This document shows positions 20,384-29,404 of a DNA stretch of 64,000 nucleotides, piece after piece (within the stretch, counting starts at the first letter, position 1; each line of letters opens with the position of its first letter). Under the pieces are notes generated by a model. The model was not told where the DNA came from. It worked only from the letters and a program-made list of their open reading frames with translations, and made no database searches. Made by a program: the position numbers and the translations under genes. The stretch covers positions 14,724 through 78,723 of the forward strand of contig JAWKNQ010000003.1 of assembly GCA_041391605.1 (NCBI GenBank). The letters run 5' to 3'. The stretch is from Bacteroidia bacterium. Lineage in GTDB: Bacteria > Bacteroidota > Bacteroidia > NS11-12g > UBA955.

Positions 20384-21523
20384 TTACTTCAGAATATCTC
20401 TTGAAATTACAATGCGTTGAATTTCGCTTGTACCTTCATAAATTTGAGTGATTTTTGCATCTCTCATCAAACGTTCAACGTGATATTCTTTAACAAAACC
20501 ATATCCTCCATGCACTTGAACAGCCTCGACCGTGGTTTTCATTGCAACCTCACTAGCAAATAATTTTGCCATACTTCCAGCGCGGTTGTAATCCATTTTA
20601 TTGTCTTTCAACCAAGCTGCTTTCAAGCATAACATTCTAGCTGCTTCAATTTCTGTAGCCATGTCTGCTAACTTAAATTGTATCGCTTGGTGATGCATAA
20701 TTTCTTTACCAAACGCTTTGCGTTCTTTTGAGTATTTAACAGCTAATTCGTATGCTCCACTAGCAATTCCAAGAGCTTGAGATGCTATACCAATTCTTCC
20801 ACCAGTTAGAGTTTTCATTGCAAACTTGAATCCAAACCCGTCTTCGCCAATTCTATTTTCTTTAGGAACTTTCACATCTGTAAACATTAATGAATGTGTA
20901 TCACTTCCTCTAATTCCAAGTTTGTCTTCTTTCTTACCTACAACAAACCCCTCCCAGCCTTTTTCAACTATAAATGCATTAATACCTTTATGCCCTGCTT
21001 CAACATTAGTTTGAGCAATTACTAAATAATAAGTGGCAGTGTTACCATTTGTTATCCAATTTTTAGTTCCATTTAACAAATAATAATCGCCCATATCCAC
21101 AGCTGTAGTCTGTTGTGATGTTGCATCACTTCCAGCTTCAGGTTCACTTAAACAAAAAGCTCCGTGCACTTCACCCTTAGCCATAGGAACCAAATACTTT
21201 TGCTTTTGCTCTTCAGTTCCATAAGTTTCCAAGCCCCAGCAAACCAATGAATTGTTTACCGAAACAACCACAGAAACAGAAGCATCCACTTTACTTAATT
21301 CTTCCATAGCCAGAACATAGCTCACTGTGTCCATACCTGATCCGCCATATTTTGGATCCACCATCATACCCAAGAAACCAAGTTCTCCTAGCTTCTTAAT
21401 CTGATCGGCTGGGAATTCTTGTTTATTATCTCTTTCTATAACACCAGGTAGCAATTCCGTTTGTGCAAAATCCCTTGCAGCTTGTTGGACGCTTAATTGT
21501 TCTTCCGTTAATTCAAAATTCAT
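20384..21523 (-). CDS. acyl-CoA dehydrogenase (short/butyryl-chain type)
   Basis: 379 aa, with CLSEPEAGSD and a C-terminal QIYEGTSEIQRIVISRDIL. Confidence 0.9.
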   Translation of the reverse strand: MNFELTEEQLSVQQAARDFAQTELLPGVIERDNKQEFPADQIKKLGELGFLGMMVDPKYGGSGMDTVSYVLAMEELSKVDASVSVVVSVNNSLVCWGLETYGTEEQKQKYLVPMAKGEVHGAFCLSEPEAGSDATSQQTTAVDMGDYYLLNGTKNWITNGNTATYYLVIAQTNVEAGHKGINAFIVEKGWEGFVVGKKEDKLGIRGSDTHSLMFTDVKVPKENRIGEDGFGFKFAMKTLTGGRIGIASQALGIASGAYELAVKYSKERKAFGKEIMHHQAIQFKLADMATEIEAARMLCLKAAWLKDNKMDYNRAGSMAKLFASEVAMKTTVEAVQVHGGYGFVKEYHVERLMRDAKITQIYEGTSEIQRIVISRDILK

Positions 21524-21531
21524 TGCGGGTG

Positions 21532-21539
21532 CAAAAATA
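21532..21539 (-). promoter_or_regulatory. -7 box TATTTTTG, 8 nt upstream of the acyl-CoA dehydrogenase ATG
   Basis: The minus-sense sequence is TATTTTTGCACCCGCAATG. Confidence 0.4.
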
Positions 21540-21651
21540 AGGTGTTATTTGATTTAACCCAAATAAAGCATATTTAAAATTTTACAAAGTTGAATTTAAT
21601 TCATAGGATCAAGAATCTCAATTTATTGCTTAAGCATAACTTTTAAAAAAC

Positions 21652-21659
21652 TATTTTTG
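21652..21659 (+). promoter_or_regulatory. -7 box TATTTTTG, 5 nt upstream of the lplA ATG
   Basis: TATTTTTGCGGCGATG. It mirrors the divergent box at 21532..21539. Confidence 0.4.
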
Positions 21660-21664
21660 CGGCG

Positions 21665-22657
21665 ATGTTAATCATTAAAAATAACAGAACTGATCCCTAT
21701 TTTAACCTAGCAGCTGAAGAGTATTTAGTAAAAGAATTTGATGATGATATCTTCACTCTTTGGAGAAATGAGAATGCAATTATAGTTGGGAAGCATCAAA
21801 ACACACTTGCTGAAATCAATTTAGATTACGTTCAAGACAATGATGTCAAAGTGGTGCGTAGACTCTCAGGTGGTGGCGCTGTTTTTCATGATTTAGGGAA
21901 TTTAAACTTTACATTTATCAGTAATTCACAGAACAAGGATGAAATCAAAATTGATTTCAAACACTATACAATGCCAATTATTGAAGTATTAAAGACTTTA
22001 GATGTGAATGCTGAGTTTAGTGGTAGAAACGACCTTTTAATTGACGGAATGAAGTTTAGTGGAAACGCGGAACATATTTATCACAAGAAAAAACGCACTC
22101 TTCATCATGGAACTCTTTTGTTTACAAGTGCTATTGCTGATTTGTCTGCTGCCTTGAAAGTTAATCCTCTTAAATTTCAGGACAAAGCCGTTAAATCAGT
22201 TAGAAGTAGGGTCACTAATATTAGCAGTCATTTAAAAACACCTTTAACTGTTACTGAGTTTTACGACCGAATAATTGAATACATTTCTAGTAAAAATGCA
22301 AACTTCAAATTCTATGAATACAGTGATAAAGATATACAAGCAATCGAAAAAATAGCGAATGAGAAGTATCGAACGTGGGACTGGAACTTTGGGTATTCAC
22401 CTAAATATACGTATCAAAAATTAATTAAAACAAACGGTGGAAATATTGAAATATATTTATACGTTGAAAAAGGTGTGATTGAGGAAGCAAAATTTCATGG
22501 AGATTTTTTCAATATAGAAGATAAACTAGAAATTGAAACAGCATTAAAAGGGTGTAAACATCATTTAGAATCTATTAATCATGTATTAGGTCAATTTGAC
22601 ATCCCGAAGTATTTCAACAACACGACTCAAGTCGAATTAATTTCTGGGATGTTTTAA
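21665..22657 (+). CDS. lplA: lipoate--protein ligase
   Basis: RRLSGGGAVFHDLGNLNF, and the KFSGNA lysine motif. Confidence 0.88.
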   Translation: MLIIKNNRTDPYFNLAAEEYLVKEFDDDIFTLWRNENAIIVGKHQNTLAEINLDYVQDNDVKVVRRLSGGGAVFHDLGNLNFTFISNSQNKDEIKIDFKHYTMPIIEVLKTLDVNAEFSGRNDLLIDGMKFSGNAEHIYHKKKRTLHHGTLLFTSAIADLSAALKVNPLKFQDKAVKSVRSRVTNISSHLKTPLTVTEFYDRIIEYISSKNANFKFYEYSDKDIQAIEKIANEKYRTWDWNFGYSPKYTYQKLIKTNGGNIEIYLYVEKGVIEEAKFHGDFFNIEDKLEIETALKGCKHHLESINHVLGQFDIPKYFNNTTQVELISGMF

Positions 22658-22662
22658 CGCCA

Positions 22663-23568
22663 TTATTTTTTTGCTCTCGGGTGATACAGAGCTATAGTCT
22701 CTTTCAGATAACTCTTGTCTAAATGGGTATAAATTTCAGTAGTTGTTATACTCTCATGCCCCAACATTTGCTGAACAGCACGTAGGTCAGCTCCTCCTTC
22801 CACTAGACAAGTTGCAAATGAGTGTCTAAATGTGTGTGGGCTTATATTTTTTTTAATTCCAGCTTTTAAGGCCAAGGTTTTAATCAGTTTAAAAACAGAT
22901 ACCCGACTTAACTTTCCACCCAAATGATTTAAAAACAAAGTGTCACTTTCTTCTTTTTTCATTTTTAAATGCACTCGAACTTCATTTACGTAAATTTTAA
23001 TTGCTTTTAATGCTAATGTTCCTATTGGCACCAATCTTTCTTTATTACCCTTTCCACTCACCTTTAGAAATTCATCTTTGAAATGAATTTCAGAAATATT
23101 TAAGCCAGTAAGCTCAGACACCCTTAAACCGCAACTAAACAAGGTTTCTAAAATTGCCTTATCTCGATGTCCAAGTGGCTTACTCATGTCAATGTTCGAA
23201 ATCATTTGATTGATTTCATCAACACTTAAAACTTCAGGTAGTTTTCTTGCCATTCGAGGCATTTCTAAAAACTGAGTTGGATCAATTTCAATGACGTCTT
23301 CTAACAAAAGATAGCGATAAAACGCTCTTAAACCACTTACCATCCTAGCCTGACTAACAGCTGCAACACCAGCTGAATTTAACTCAGAAACAAATTCTAA
23401 TAAATGTTCATAATGCACCTGTAGAGGTCCAATTCCATTCAACGAATTGTTTGAGAAAGTTTCAAAATATTTTACATCGTGTAAATACGCCGATATGCTG
23501 TTTTTCGAGAGTGATTTTTCTAATAAAAGATATTGCTTAAATCCCTTGGTAGCACTATGCCAATCCAT
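22663..23568 (-). CDS. xerD: tyrosine recombinase XerD/XerC-type
   Basis: 301 aa with an N-terminal SAM-like domain and the catalytic box HTFRHSFATCLVEGGADLRAVQQMLGHESITTTEIYTHL. Confidence 0.85.
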   Translation of the reverse strand: MDWHSATKGFKQYLLLEKSLSKNSISAYLHDVKYFETFSNNSLNGIGPLQVHYEHLLEFVSELNSAGVAAVSQARMVSGLRAFYRYLLLEDVIEIDPTQFLEMPRMARKLPEVLSVDEINQMISNIDMSKPLGHRDKAILETLFSCGLRVSELTGLNISEIHFKDEFLKVSGKGNKERLVPIGTLALKAIKIYVNEVRVHLKMKKEESDTLFLNHLGGKLSRVSVFKLIKTLALKAGIKKNISPHTFRHSFATCLVEGGADLRAVQQMLGHESITTTEIYTHLDKSYLKETIALYHPRAKK

Positions 23569-23570
23569 GA

Positions 23571-24428
23571 TTATTTTAAATCAATCTGCCTCACATTAAT
23601 AACTTCTTCAGTTACTGAATCTGTTATAACACATACAATGTGGCAATGTTGAATATCGTAGTCAGCAGGAATTTCAAAATCTACTTCCTTTTCAAAAACT
23701 CTTCCCGGAACTAAAGTTTCTGTTAAAGCAGTTCCAACAGCGTTTCCAATTGATTCACGCAATACATGGTTATGTACATAGTTTTCATCGTAGGATGTTA
23801 AAGTGGTTTGCTTGCTGACGATTTCAGATTCTGTCAGATATAAGGCGTATTTATGAGAACCACTCACTGAACTTGTATATTCAAGTTTCATTTTTAATGT
23901 CAAGATTCTGCCATTAATAGATTTCTCTAGACCAATATTAACAGGTGTAGACAATCGCAAACGTTCATCTACCAAATTTCCCCATACCTTGTATGCGTTA
24001 ACTCTTGATGTTTGAGCACCAAAAATCGCCCTATCTACATACCCGTTTGGTAAACCTGTTGGGACACCTAATTGACTTAAGATTTGATTACTTGCATTAC
24101 TGTTTAAAACTGGAAAACCTTTCCAAGGAGTTGTAAAATTTGTCAAATAATCACCTGCATATAAAGCCATTACAACAACACTATCATGTGTTTTCTTATT
24201 GAGGATAGAAACTGCTTCGGCAGCTGCTTGTGGGCAATTATTGCACCTAACACCTGTAATATCTTCAATTAAAACTGCTTTATGTTGAGGCACAGCAACA
24301 GTTCCATCGATATATGTCGTATCTTTAGTTTGAACAGGCTCTGAAAAATCAATAAAAGGAGGCGTTTCTTCGCAAGAAATCAAAACAAAGACAAGGCTTA
24401 AGATTGGCAGTACAAGGCGTTTCATCAT
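23571..24428 (-). CDS. Omp28-related lipoprotein (thioredoxin-like fold)
   Basis: Lipoprotein signal ...FVLISC and the EDITGVRCNNCP motif characteristic of Omp28-related proteins. Confidence 0.55.
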   Translation of the reverse strand: MMKRLVLPILSLVFVLISCEETPPFIDFSEPVQTKDTTYIDGTVAVPQHKAVLIEDITGVRCNNCPQAAAEAVSILNKKTHDSVVVMALYAGDYLTNFTTPWKGFPVLNSNASNQILSQLGVPTGLPNGYVDRAIFGAQTSRVNAYKVWGNLVDERLRLSTPVNIGLEKSINGRILTLKMKLEYTSSVSGSHKYALYLTESEIVSKQTTLTSYDENYVHNHVLRESIGNAVGTALTETLVPGRVFEKEVDFEIPADYDIQHCHIVCVITDSVTEEVINVRQIDLK

Positions 24429-24466
24429 ACAAAAATAATAAAAACAAAAGAATTATCTAAATATAT

Positions 24467-24474
24467 TAAATTTG
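24467..24474 (+). promoter_or_regulatory. -7 box TAAATTTG for dgkA. It abuts the track ATG at 24476, which favours the ATG at 24485 as the true start.
   Basis: Exact TAnnTTTG match. The divergent Omp28 gene has TATTTTTG at 24430..24437 on the minus strand. Confidence 0.35.
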
Positions 24475-24475
24475 A

Positions 24476-24838
24476 ATGCAGAATATGGCAAAAAACCCTC
24501 TAAAATCCTCCTTTAAATATGCTTTTCACGGTATTCGTTTGGCGCTTAAAGAACGCAATTTCAAAATTCACGTTATTTGCTCTATTTTAGTGGTAAGTTT
24601 AGGCTTCTATTTCCAAGTAAGCAAAAATGAATGGCTAATTCTGATTTTTTGTATTTCAATGGTATTTAGTTTAGAAATTGTAAATACATCCATAGAAAAA
24701 TTAACGGATTTGGTTTCTCCAGAAACAAACACTCTCGCTGGCTATGCAAAAGACCTAGCTGCTGCAGCTGTTTTGATAGCATCGATTGCCGCTTTAATTA
24801 TTGGTTCAATGATTTTTTGGCCTTATTTTTTTAATTAA
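24476..24838 (+). CDS. dgkA: diacylglycerol/undecaprenol kinase family protein
   Basis: About 120 aa with three TM segments and the NTSIEKLTD-type motif (EIVNTSIEKLTDLVSPE). Confidence 0.8.
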   Translation: MQNMAKNPLKSSFKYAFHGIRLALKERNFKIHVICSILVVSLGFYFQVSKNEWLILIFCISMVFSLEIVNTSIEKLTDLVSPETNTLAGYAKDLAAAAVLIASIAALIIGSMIFWPYFFN

Positions 24839-24870
24839 GCCGAACACTCTATTTTTGCTGCCCATTACAT

Positions 24871-24954
24871 GCCCATGTGGTGAAATTGGTAGACATGCCA
24901 TCTTGAGGGGGTGGTGACCTTACGGTCGTGCAAGTTCGAATCTTGTCGTGGGCA
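24871..24954 (+). tRNA. tRNA-Leu (anticodon GAG)
   Basis: Hand-folded. Acceptor GCCCATG/CGTGGGC, anticodon stem CCATC/GGTGG, loop TTGAGGG, long variable arm GACC-TTAC-GGTC, T-loop TTCGAAT. Confidence 0.9.
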
Positions 24955-24967
24955 CTTTTGTTCGCAG

Positions 24968-26488
24968 TTACGCATTCACAGAAATGGACTGCAGAATTTC
25001 TTCGATAAACTTTCTGTCATTATTGAGTCTAGGCACCTTATTTTGCCCTCCCAATTTGCCTCTTGTTTTCATCCAATTATAGAAAGTTTGATTTGGCATA
25101 GATTTGACAATTGGCATTTTTAAGGCTATGTCGCTAAAACGTTTTGCCTCATAATCGCTGTTTACTTCTTTCAACTTTTTATCCAGGGCCGTTTGAAAAC
25201 TTTCGATTGAATCAGGTTGACATTCAAACTCTACTAACCATTCGTGTCCGGCATGATCATTTCTATCCATAAAAATTGGAGCGGCGGTATACTCTCTAAC
25301 CTTTCCACCCGTTACTTGGCAAGCATACTCAATCGCTTGCTCCGCATTGTCAATAACCAACTCTTCTCCAAAAGCATTGATGAATAATTTGGTTCTGCCA
25401 GAAATGTGAAATTTATATGGGTTAACAGATTGAAATACAATTGTATCTCCAATTTGATACCTCCACAAACCACTTGTCGTGCTAATGATAACTGAGTAAT
25501 CAACCCCTGGTTCAACATCTCCCAAAACATATGTTTTTGGATTTTCTAAACCTAAATCACTCACTTTTATAAACTCATAGAAAATACCATAATCGGGCAT
25601 AATTTGCATGGATGAATCCAATAAATCTGTCTGCATGCCAAAAAACCCTTCACTTGCGTTATAAGTTTCAAAATAACGCATATCTGGGTTCCGGATTAAA
25701 TCTTTAAAAAGTGATTTATAGGGCTTGAAACTGACTCCACCGTGAATATAAAGCTTTAGATTAGGCCAAATCTCACTAATATCATCTGCTCCTTTCATGA
25801 CTAGTAATTTTTCAAGAAGTACTATCGTCCAAGTTGGAACTCCTGAAATATTTGTAACATTGTCATGAAACACCTTTTCAGCCATTTTTTCCAACTTCAA
25901 CTCCCAATCGTCCATCAGTGCAATTGACTTATCTGGAGTCTTGAGTAAATTTGCCCAAGTTGGCATATTGTTCATCAATACAGCGCTTAAATCACCATAA
26001 TAAGAATTTTGATTAAATGCATTAATTTTATGACTACCGCCTATCAATAGACTTTTACCATCAAATATTTCTGATTCAGGGACATTGAGACAATAATAAC
26101 TCAATATATCCTTTCCTCCTCTAAAATGGCATTCTTCAAGTGTTTCATAACTAACTGGAATGAATTTGCTTTTGTCTTGAGTGGTTCCACTGCTTTTGGC
26201 AAACCAAATAATTTCTCCCGGCCAAAGAACATCTGGAATGCCTTTCATTATTCGTTCGATATAAGGTTTTAAAGATTCGTAGTCTTGTATGGGAAACCGA
26301 TTTCTAAAAACTTCATAAGAAGTTATTGACTTGAAATCATAAAGCTTGCCCCACTCAGTATCTTTTGCGTCTGAAATCAGGCGTTTCAACACATCTTCTT
26401 GCACTTCTGCTGAATTATTGATAGCATTTTCAATAGAGGCTAATCGCTTCCTGAAATACCAACTCATCATTGTGTTAAAAACAGCCAT
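24968..26488 (-). CDS. GH3 (auxin-responsive promoter) family acyl-adenylate-forming protein
   Basis: 506 aa. The N-terminal MSWYFRKRLASIE... and the overall pattern are typical of Bacteroidota GH3-family proteins. Confidence 0.7.
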   Translation of the reverse strand: MAVFNTMMSWYFRKRLASIENAINNSAEVQEDVLKRLISDAKDTEWGKLYDFKSITSYEVFRNRFPIQDYESLKPYIERIMKGIPDVLWPGEIIWFAKSSGTTQDKSKFIPVSYETLEECHFRGGKDILSYYCLNVPESEIFDGKSLLIGGSHKINAFNQNSYYGDLSAVLMNNMPTWANLLKTPDKSIALMDDWELKLEKMAEKVFHDNVTNISGVPTWTIVLLEKLLVMKGADDISEIWPNLKLYIHGGVSFKPYKSLFKDLIRNPDMRYFETYNASEGFFGMQTDLLDSSMQIMPDYGIFYEFIKVSDLGLENPKTYVLGDVEPGVDYSVIISTTSGLWRYQIGDTIVFQSVNPYKFHISGRTKLFINAFGEELVIDNAEQAIEYACQVTGGKVREYTAAPIFMDRNDHAGHEWLVEFECQPDSIESFQTALDKKLKEVNSDYEAKRFSDIALKMPIVKSMPNQTFYNWMKTRGKLGGQNKVPRLNNDRKFIEEILQSISVNA

Positions 26489-26518
26489 AAATATAGTCTA
26501 GCTAAAAACCTAGTTCTG

Positions 26519-26526
26519 CAAATATA
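26519..26526 (-). promoter_or_regulatory. -7 box TATATTTG, 30 nt upstream of the GH3-family ATG
   Basis: Exact TAnnTTTG match on the minus strand. Confidence 0.35.
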
Positions 26527-26597
26527 GGGTTAAAAATAAAACAATTTTAGATAATTCTGACCCAAGTATTTGATTTTTTAGCTCTAATATTGTAGCA

Positions 26598-27614
26598 GTG
26601 TCAATCATTCAATATAAATATTCAACCATAAGGATTAATTTTGTTTTAATAGTCATATTAGTCGTTTTGGGGTGTTGTAATGAATCAACAAATTCGGATT
26701 CAGATGAATATTCTATTTCCAATAAAACAGATTCAATTCAAGGATTAATGTCGGAGACTAATGCTTATTACTTGGGAATAATACTGGCAAATGGTCGAAT
26801 ATTGGAATATACCAAAGGTCTGAATTCGAATAAGGAATCACTAAATTCGAATACAATTTTTGAGGCTGCATCTTTAAGTAAAACTATAACAGCTTATGTC
26901 TATTGGAAAATGTTATTAAATGGTCAAAAAATTCAAAAACTTCAAGGACTTGAGTGCGAGACTCAAGATACCTTGGCAATAAATTGCCATCATTTGTTAT
27001 CGCACAGTTTAATGAGTACCGATTCATGCATTCATTTACCAGATTCAATAAAATTTAAATACTCTGAAAACAATTACTTGCTTTTGCAAAGATTGATAGA
27101 AAGTTATTCAAGTAAAAACCTTGAAAGTTTAGCTTCAGAACATGTCTTTAAACCACTCAATATGACAAAATCAAGTTTTATTTGGAGAGATTATAATAAC
27201 TATGTTAATGGATATTATCAAAATTTCAAGAAGCATAGAGAAATAAGACATTATTCAACGCCTAAATCAAATGGAACTCTTTACACTTCTGGAAGAGATA
27301 TGCTTAAATTTACTCAAGAACTACTCAAAAGCAACTGCCTAGATTCCATGGCTGTTGAACAAGTTAAAATACCTGGATTCACCCAGCTTGCTTGGGGCAG
27401 AGGAATAGGAATTGAATACCAAGGTGATAAGAAATTTCTATGGCAATGGGGCAATAACTGGTCATATAACCATATTCTTTTAATTGACAAGACTTCTGGC
27501 TTCACAATTGTATGTTTAAGCAATAGTATAATTGGAGCAAGTAAAATACGTACACTTTGTAATTTCTTGATGGATAGACAGTTTCAACTCTTTGATTACA
27601 TCGATTGGTATTAA
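26598..27614 (+). CDS. serine hydrolase (beta-lactamase/transpeptidase-like fold)
   Basis: SxxK motif in FEAASLSKTITAY, preceded by a signal/lipoprotein-like N-terminus. The track start is GTG. Confidence 0.65.
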   Translation: MSIIQYKYSTIRINFVLIVILVVLGCCNESTNSDSDEYSISNKTDSIQGLMSETNAYYLGIILANGRILEYTKGLNSNKESLNSNTIFEAASLSKTITAYVYWKMLLNGQKIQKLQGLECETQDTLAINCHHLLSHSLMSTDSCIHLPDSIKFKYSENNYLLLQRLIESYSSKNLESLASEHVFKPLNMTKSSFIWRDYNNYVNGYYQNFKKHREIRHYSTPKSNGTLYTSGRDMLKFTQELLKSNCLDSMAVEQVKIPGFTQLAWGRGIGIEYQGDKKFLWQWGNNWSYNHILLIDKTSGFTIVCLSNSIIGASKIRTLCNFLMDRQFQLFDYIDWY

Positions 27615-27689
27615 GAACATTTGTCTTTTTTATTTCAATTGAATCTTTTACCTTTGCAGCCCTGATTTTTATCAGGAGCTTAATAGCTC

Positions 27690-27771
27690 GCGGATGTGGC
27701 GTAATTGGTAGCCGTGCCAGACTTAGGATCTGGTGCCGAAAGGCGTGGGGGTTCGAGTCCCTTCATCCGCA
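27690..27771 (+). tRNA. tRNA-Leu (anticodon TAG)
   Basis: Acceptor GCGGATG/CATCCGC, anticodon stem CCAGA/TCTGG, loop CTTAGGA, long variable arm, T-loop TTCGAGT. Confidence 0.9.
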
Positions 27772-27783
27772 CTAAATTTAAAG

Positions 27784-27819
27784 TATGCTTGAGAATATTT
27801 CTAAAGCATATTTTTTTTT
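27784..27819 (+). terminator. rho-independent terminator after tRNA-Leu(TAG)
   Basis: Stem TATGCTT...AAGCATA followed by a T9 run. Confidence 0.7.
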
Positions 27820-27872
27820 AACAAAACACAGCAAAATACTGCTTAGAAAAAAAATAAACCTTTAAAAAACAG

Positions 27873-29257
27873 ATGGAATTAAAATTCAATAAAATTGACG
27901 ACCTAAACGCAACTTTAGTTGTTGAACTTGCAAAAGAAGATTACAGCGAAGCGGTTGAAAAAGAACTAAAAAAGCATCAAAAACAAGCTGTCATTAAAGG
28001 TTTCCGTCCAGGAAGTGCTCCTTTGTCCATGATAAAAAACATGTATGGCAAAAGCGTTTTAGCTGAAGAAATTAATCGTTTGGCTAGCAAAGGTTTATAC
28101 GATTACCTAAAGGAGCAAAACATTGACATCATCGCTCAGCCTTTGCCGAGTGAAACTGTAAAATCAGATATTGATTTAGACAAAGGTGAGAACTATACTT
28201 TTGCTTTTGATTTAGGATTGTCTCCAGAATTTGATTTTAACATTAGCGACAAAGATAAACTTGATAAATACATCATTTCAGTAGACGACTCTGAAGTTGA
28301 TAAAAGAAATTGAAACTTTGCGCAATAGAAATGGCAAAATAGAAGATGCTGACTCAGCTGAAGAAAGATATTATATATGCTGTATTAAGTGAACTTGATG
28401 ATAATTCAGAATTGTTTGAAGGTGGTGTTCAAAACAAAGAAACCTCTTTAACGCCTGAACTTGTTAAGAACGAAGAATTGAAAAAGAACTTAATCGGTAT
28501 TAAAAAAGGTGCTGAATTGAATGTAAATATTTACGATTTATTCAATGAAAATCACAGCATCATTAGCAGTTCTTTAGGAATAAGCAAAGAGGCTGTTTCC
28601 GATTTAAATCCAATATTCAATTTAAAAGTAACAGAAATCAAAAAACGTATTCCTGCAGAATTAAATCAAGAATTTTTTGACAGCGTTCTAGGTAAAGATG
28701 TGGCAACTGATTTAGATGGACTTAAAGCTAAAGTTAAAGAAAACCTCGAAGCATATTACGCAAGCGAAAGTGACCACCAAGTTGAACATATGATCACTCA
28801 TTTACTTGAAGAAAAACACAATGTTCCACTTCCAAATGAATTTCTTAAACGCTGGTTAATAAACACAAAGGAAGAAGAATATAACGAAGGAAATATCGAT
28901 GAAAGATATGAGAATGAATCTAGAGTATTAAAAGAAGTTTTAATACGCGAAAAGGCTGCAGCTCAATACGATATTAAAGTTGAAAAGCAAGATATTGAAG
29001 ATGCCTCAATGGGATATACTTTATCGATGTTCAGAAATTACGGACTTCAAAATCCAGAATTTGAATTTGTTAAGAAATTTAGTGATGACAGTCTTAAAAA
29101 GAGAGATTACATCGAACAAATGAATGACATAGCAGTTCGAAGAAAAGTCTATAACAAGGTAAAAGAACTTGTTACATTTAATGAGATAAAAGTATCTATT
29201 GAGGAGTTTTACAAGTTAATTGAAGAACATAATCAAACTCACAACGCTGAGCATTAA
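27873..29257 (+). pseudogene. tig: trigger factor, interrupted by two +1 insertions about 60 nt apart
   Basis: ORF 27873..28313 ends ...DDSEVDKRN*. Frame 1 at 28306..28365 reads EIETLRNRNGKIEDADSAEE. Frame 2 then continues DIIYAVLSELDD... to 29257. The extra bases are most simply in the A runs at 28302..28305 and 28364..28366. Confidence 0.8.
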
Positions 29258-29346
29258 ATTATTTGCTTCTGTAACAAACAATTAACATATTCCGTTTGTT
29301 GCTAATTAAGCAAACGAACAAATTTATCGAAAAGGTTCAAATTAAT

Positions 29347-29378
29347 TTTGCGCCTTTTTGTCATTAAAGGTAAATTTG
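29347..29378 (+). promoter_or_regulatory. Bacteroidota-type promoter for clpP: TTTG-N20-TAAATTTG
   Basis: -33 TTTG at 29347..29350 and -7 TAAATTTG at 29371..29378, 26 nt upstream of the clpP ATG. Confidence 0.5.
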
Positions 29379-29404
29379 TATTATTATTGTTATAAAATAC
29401 CATT

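Noticed and set aside
22663-23568. A tyrosine recombinase as a marker of an integrated mobile element.
   Set aside because: Its size (301 aa), domain layout and housekeeping neighbours fit chromosomal XerC/XerD dimer resolution. There are no flanking repeats, phage genes or transposon genes.
24871-27771. Two same-strand tRNA-Leu genes bracketing a 2.7-kb segment (GH3-family gene plus serine hydrolase), considered as a possible tRNA-targeted genomic island.
   Set aside because: There is no integrase, no visible direct repeat of a tRNA 3' end and no compositional shift by eye. Both enclosed genes are ordinary Bacteroidota chromosomal genes.
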